Both the position numbers and the translations under genes were made by a program. From an uncultured Actinomycetota bacterium (lineage in GTDB: Bacteria > Actinomycetota > Actinomycetes > JAHEKZ01), in the NCBI GenBank assembly GCA_963829525.1, contig CAWHIJ010000003.1, positions 1,600,001-1,664,000 on the forward strand: a stretch of DNA of 64,000 bases. Direction: 5' to 3'. Positions 63,747 through 64,000 of the stretch are shown here, piece after piece. The stretch's first letter is position 1; each line of letters starts with the position of its first letter. The notes under the pieces are model-generated. The model had not been told where the DNA came from. It did no database searches and saw only the letters and a program-made list of their open reading frames with translations.

Positions 63747-64000
63747 GCGGGGCGGGAGCGCCGGCGTTCGAGGTTGACGGCAGTGGGCTACGCGTGGCCA
63801 TCGTGGCTGCGTCATGGCATACCCAGGTGATGGACGGGTTGATTGCCGGGGCTCAGCGGGCGCTGGCCGAGGCCGGCGTCCGCGACGTCGAAGTGGTGAG
63901 GGTCCCGGGTGCCTTCGAGCTTCCCCTCGGCGCCGCCCGCCTCTTGGAGCGTTGTGATGCCGTCGTTGCGCTCGGAGTGGTCATCCGAGGCGGCACGCCG
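63743..64000 (+). CDS. ribH: 6,7-dimethyl-8-ribityllumazine synthase (truncated by window end)
   Basis: [34 protein letters not shown]. Confidence 0.95.
   Translation, partial: MSGAGAPAFEVDGSGLRVAIVAASWHTQVMDGLIAGAQRALAEAGVRDVEVVRVPGAFELPLGAARLLERCDAVVALGVVIRGGTP

Overview
High-GC actinobacterial (Actinomycetes) chromosomal segment, mostly housekeeping. Order: ileS (T-box), a histone-like/DksA fusion, lspA, rluD, dnaE, the his cluster (hisD-C-B-H-priA-F-I), trpE-C-B-A, dsbA-lgt, pyk, bldD, the pyr/car operon (PyrR site), mihF-gmk-rpoZ-coaBC-metK-priA-def-fmt-rsmB, rpe and the FMN-riboswitch rib operon (ribH runs off the end). Many genes at about 14-24 kb, 37-39 kb and 45 kb carry single-base indels that look like assembly errors. 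Accessory inserts are two divergent DUF222-HNH nuclease genes, a PadR/aldo-keto reductase block, and a diguanylate cyclase / HisN-like phosphatase / IclR / PHP-hydrolase block. Most notable: (i) the two HNH genes appear wired to different DNA-damage regulators (a perfect LexA box filling a promoter spacer versus a PafBC/RecA-NDp-like leaderless promoter near a DnaA box), and one has a potentially structured leader; (ii) bldD has a 20-bp perfect inverted repeat holding two BldD boxes, and there is a candidate BldD box before the diguanylate cyclase; (iii) IleRS carries the GXHH signature variant; (iv) short tandem duplications recur on stop codons; (v) leaderless -10 elements are frequent. No CRISPR array, tRNA, rRNA or transposase was recognised. 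All calls come from reading the sequence; no searches were run.
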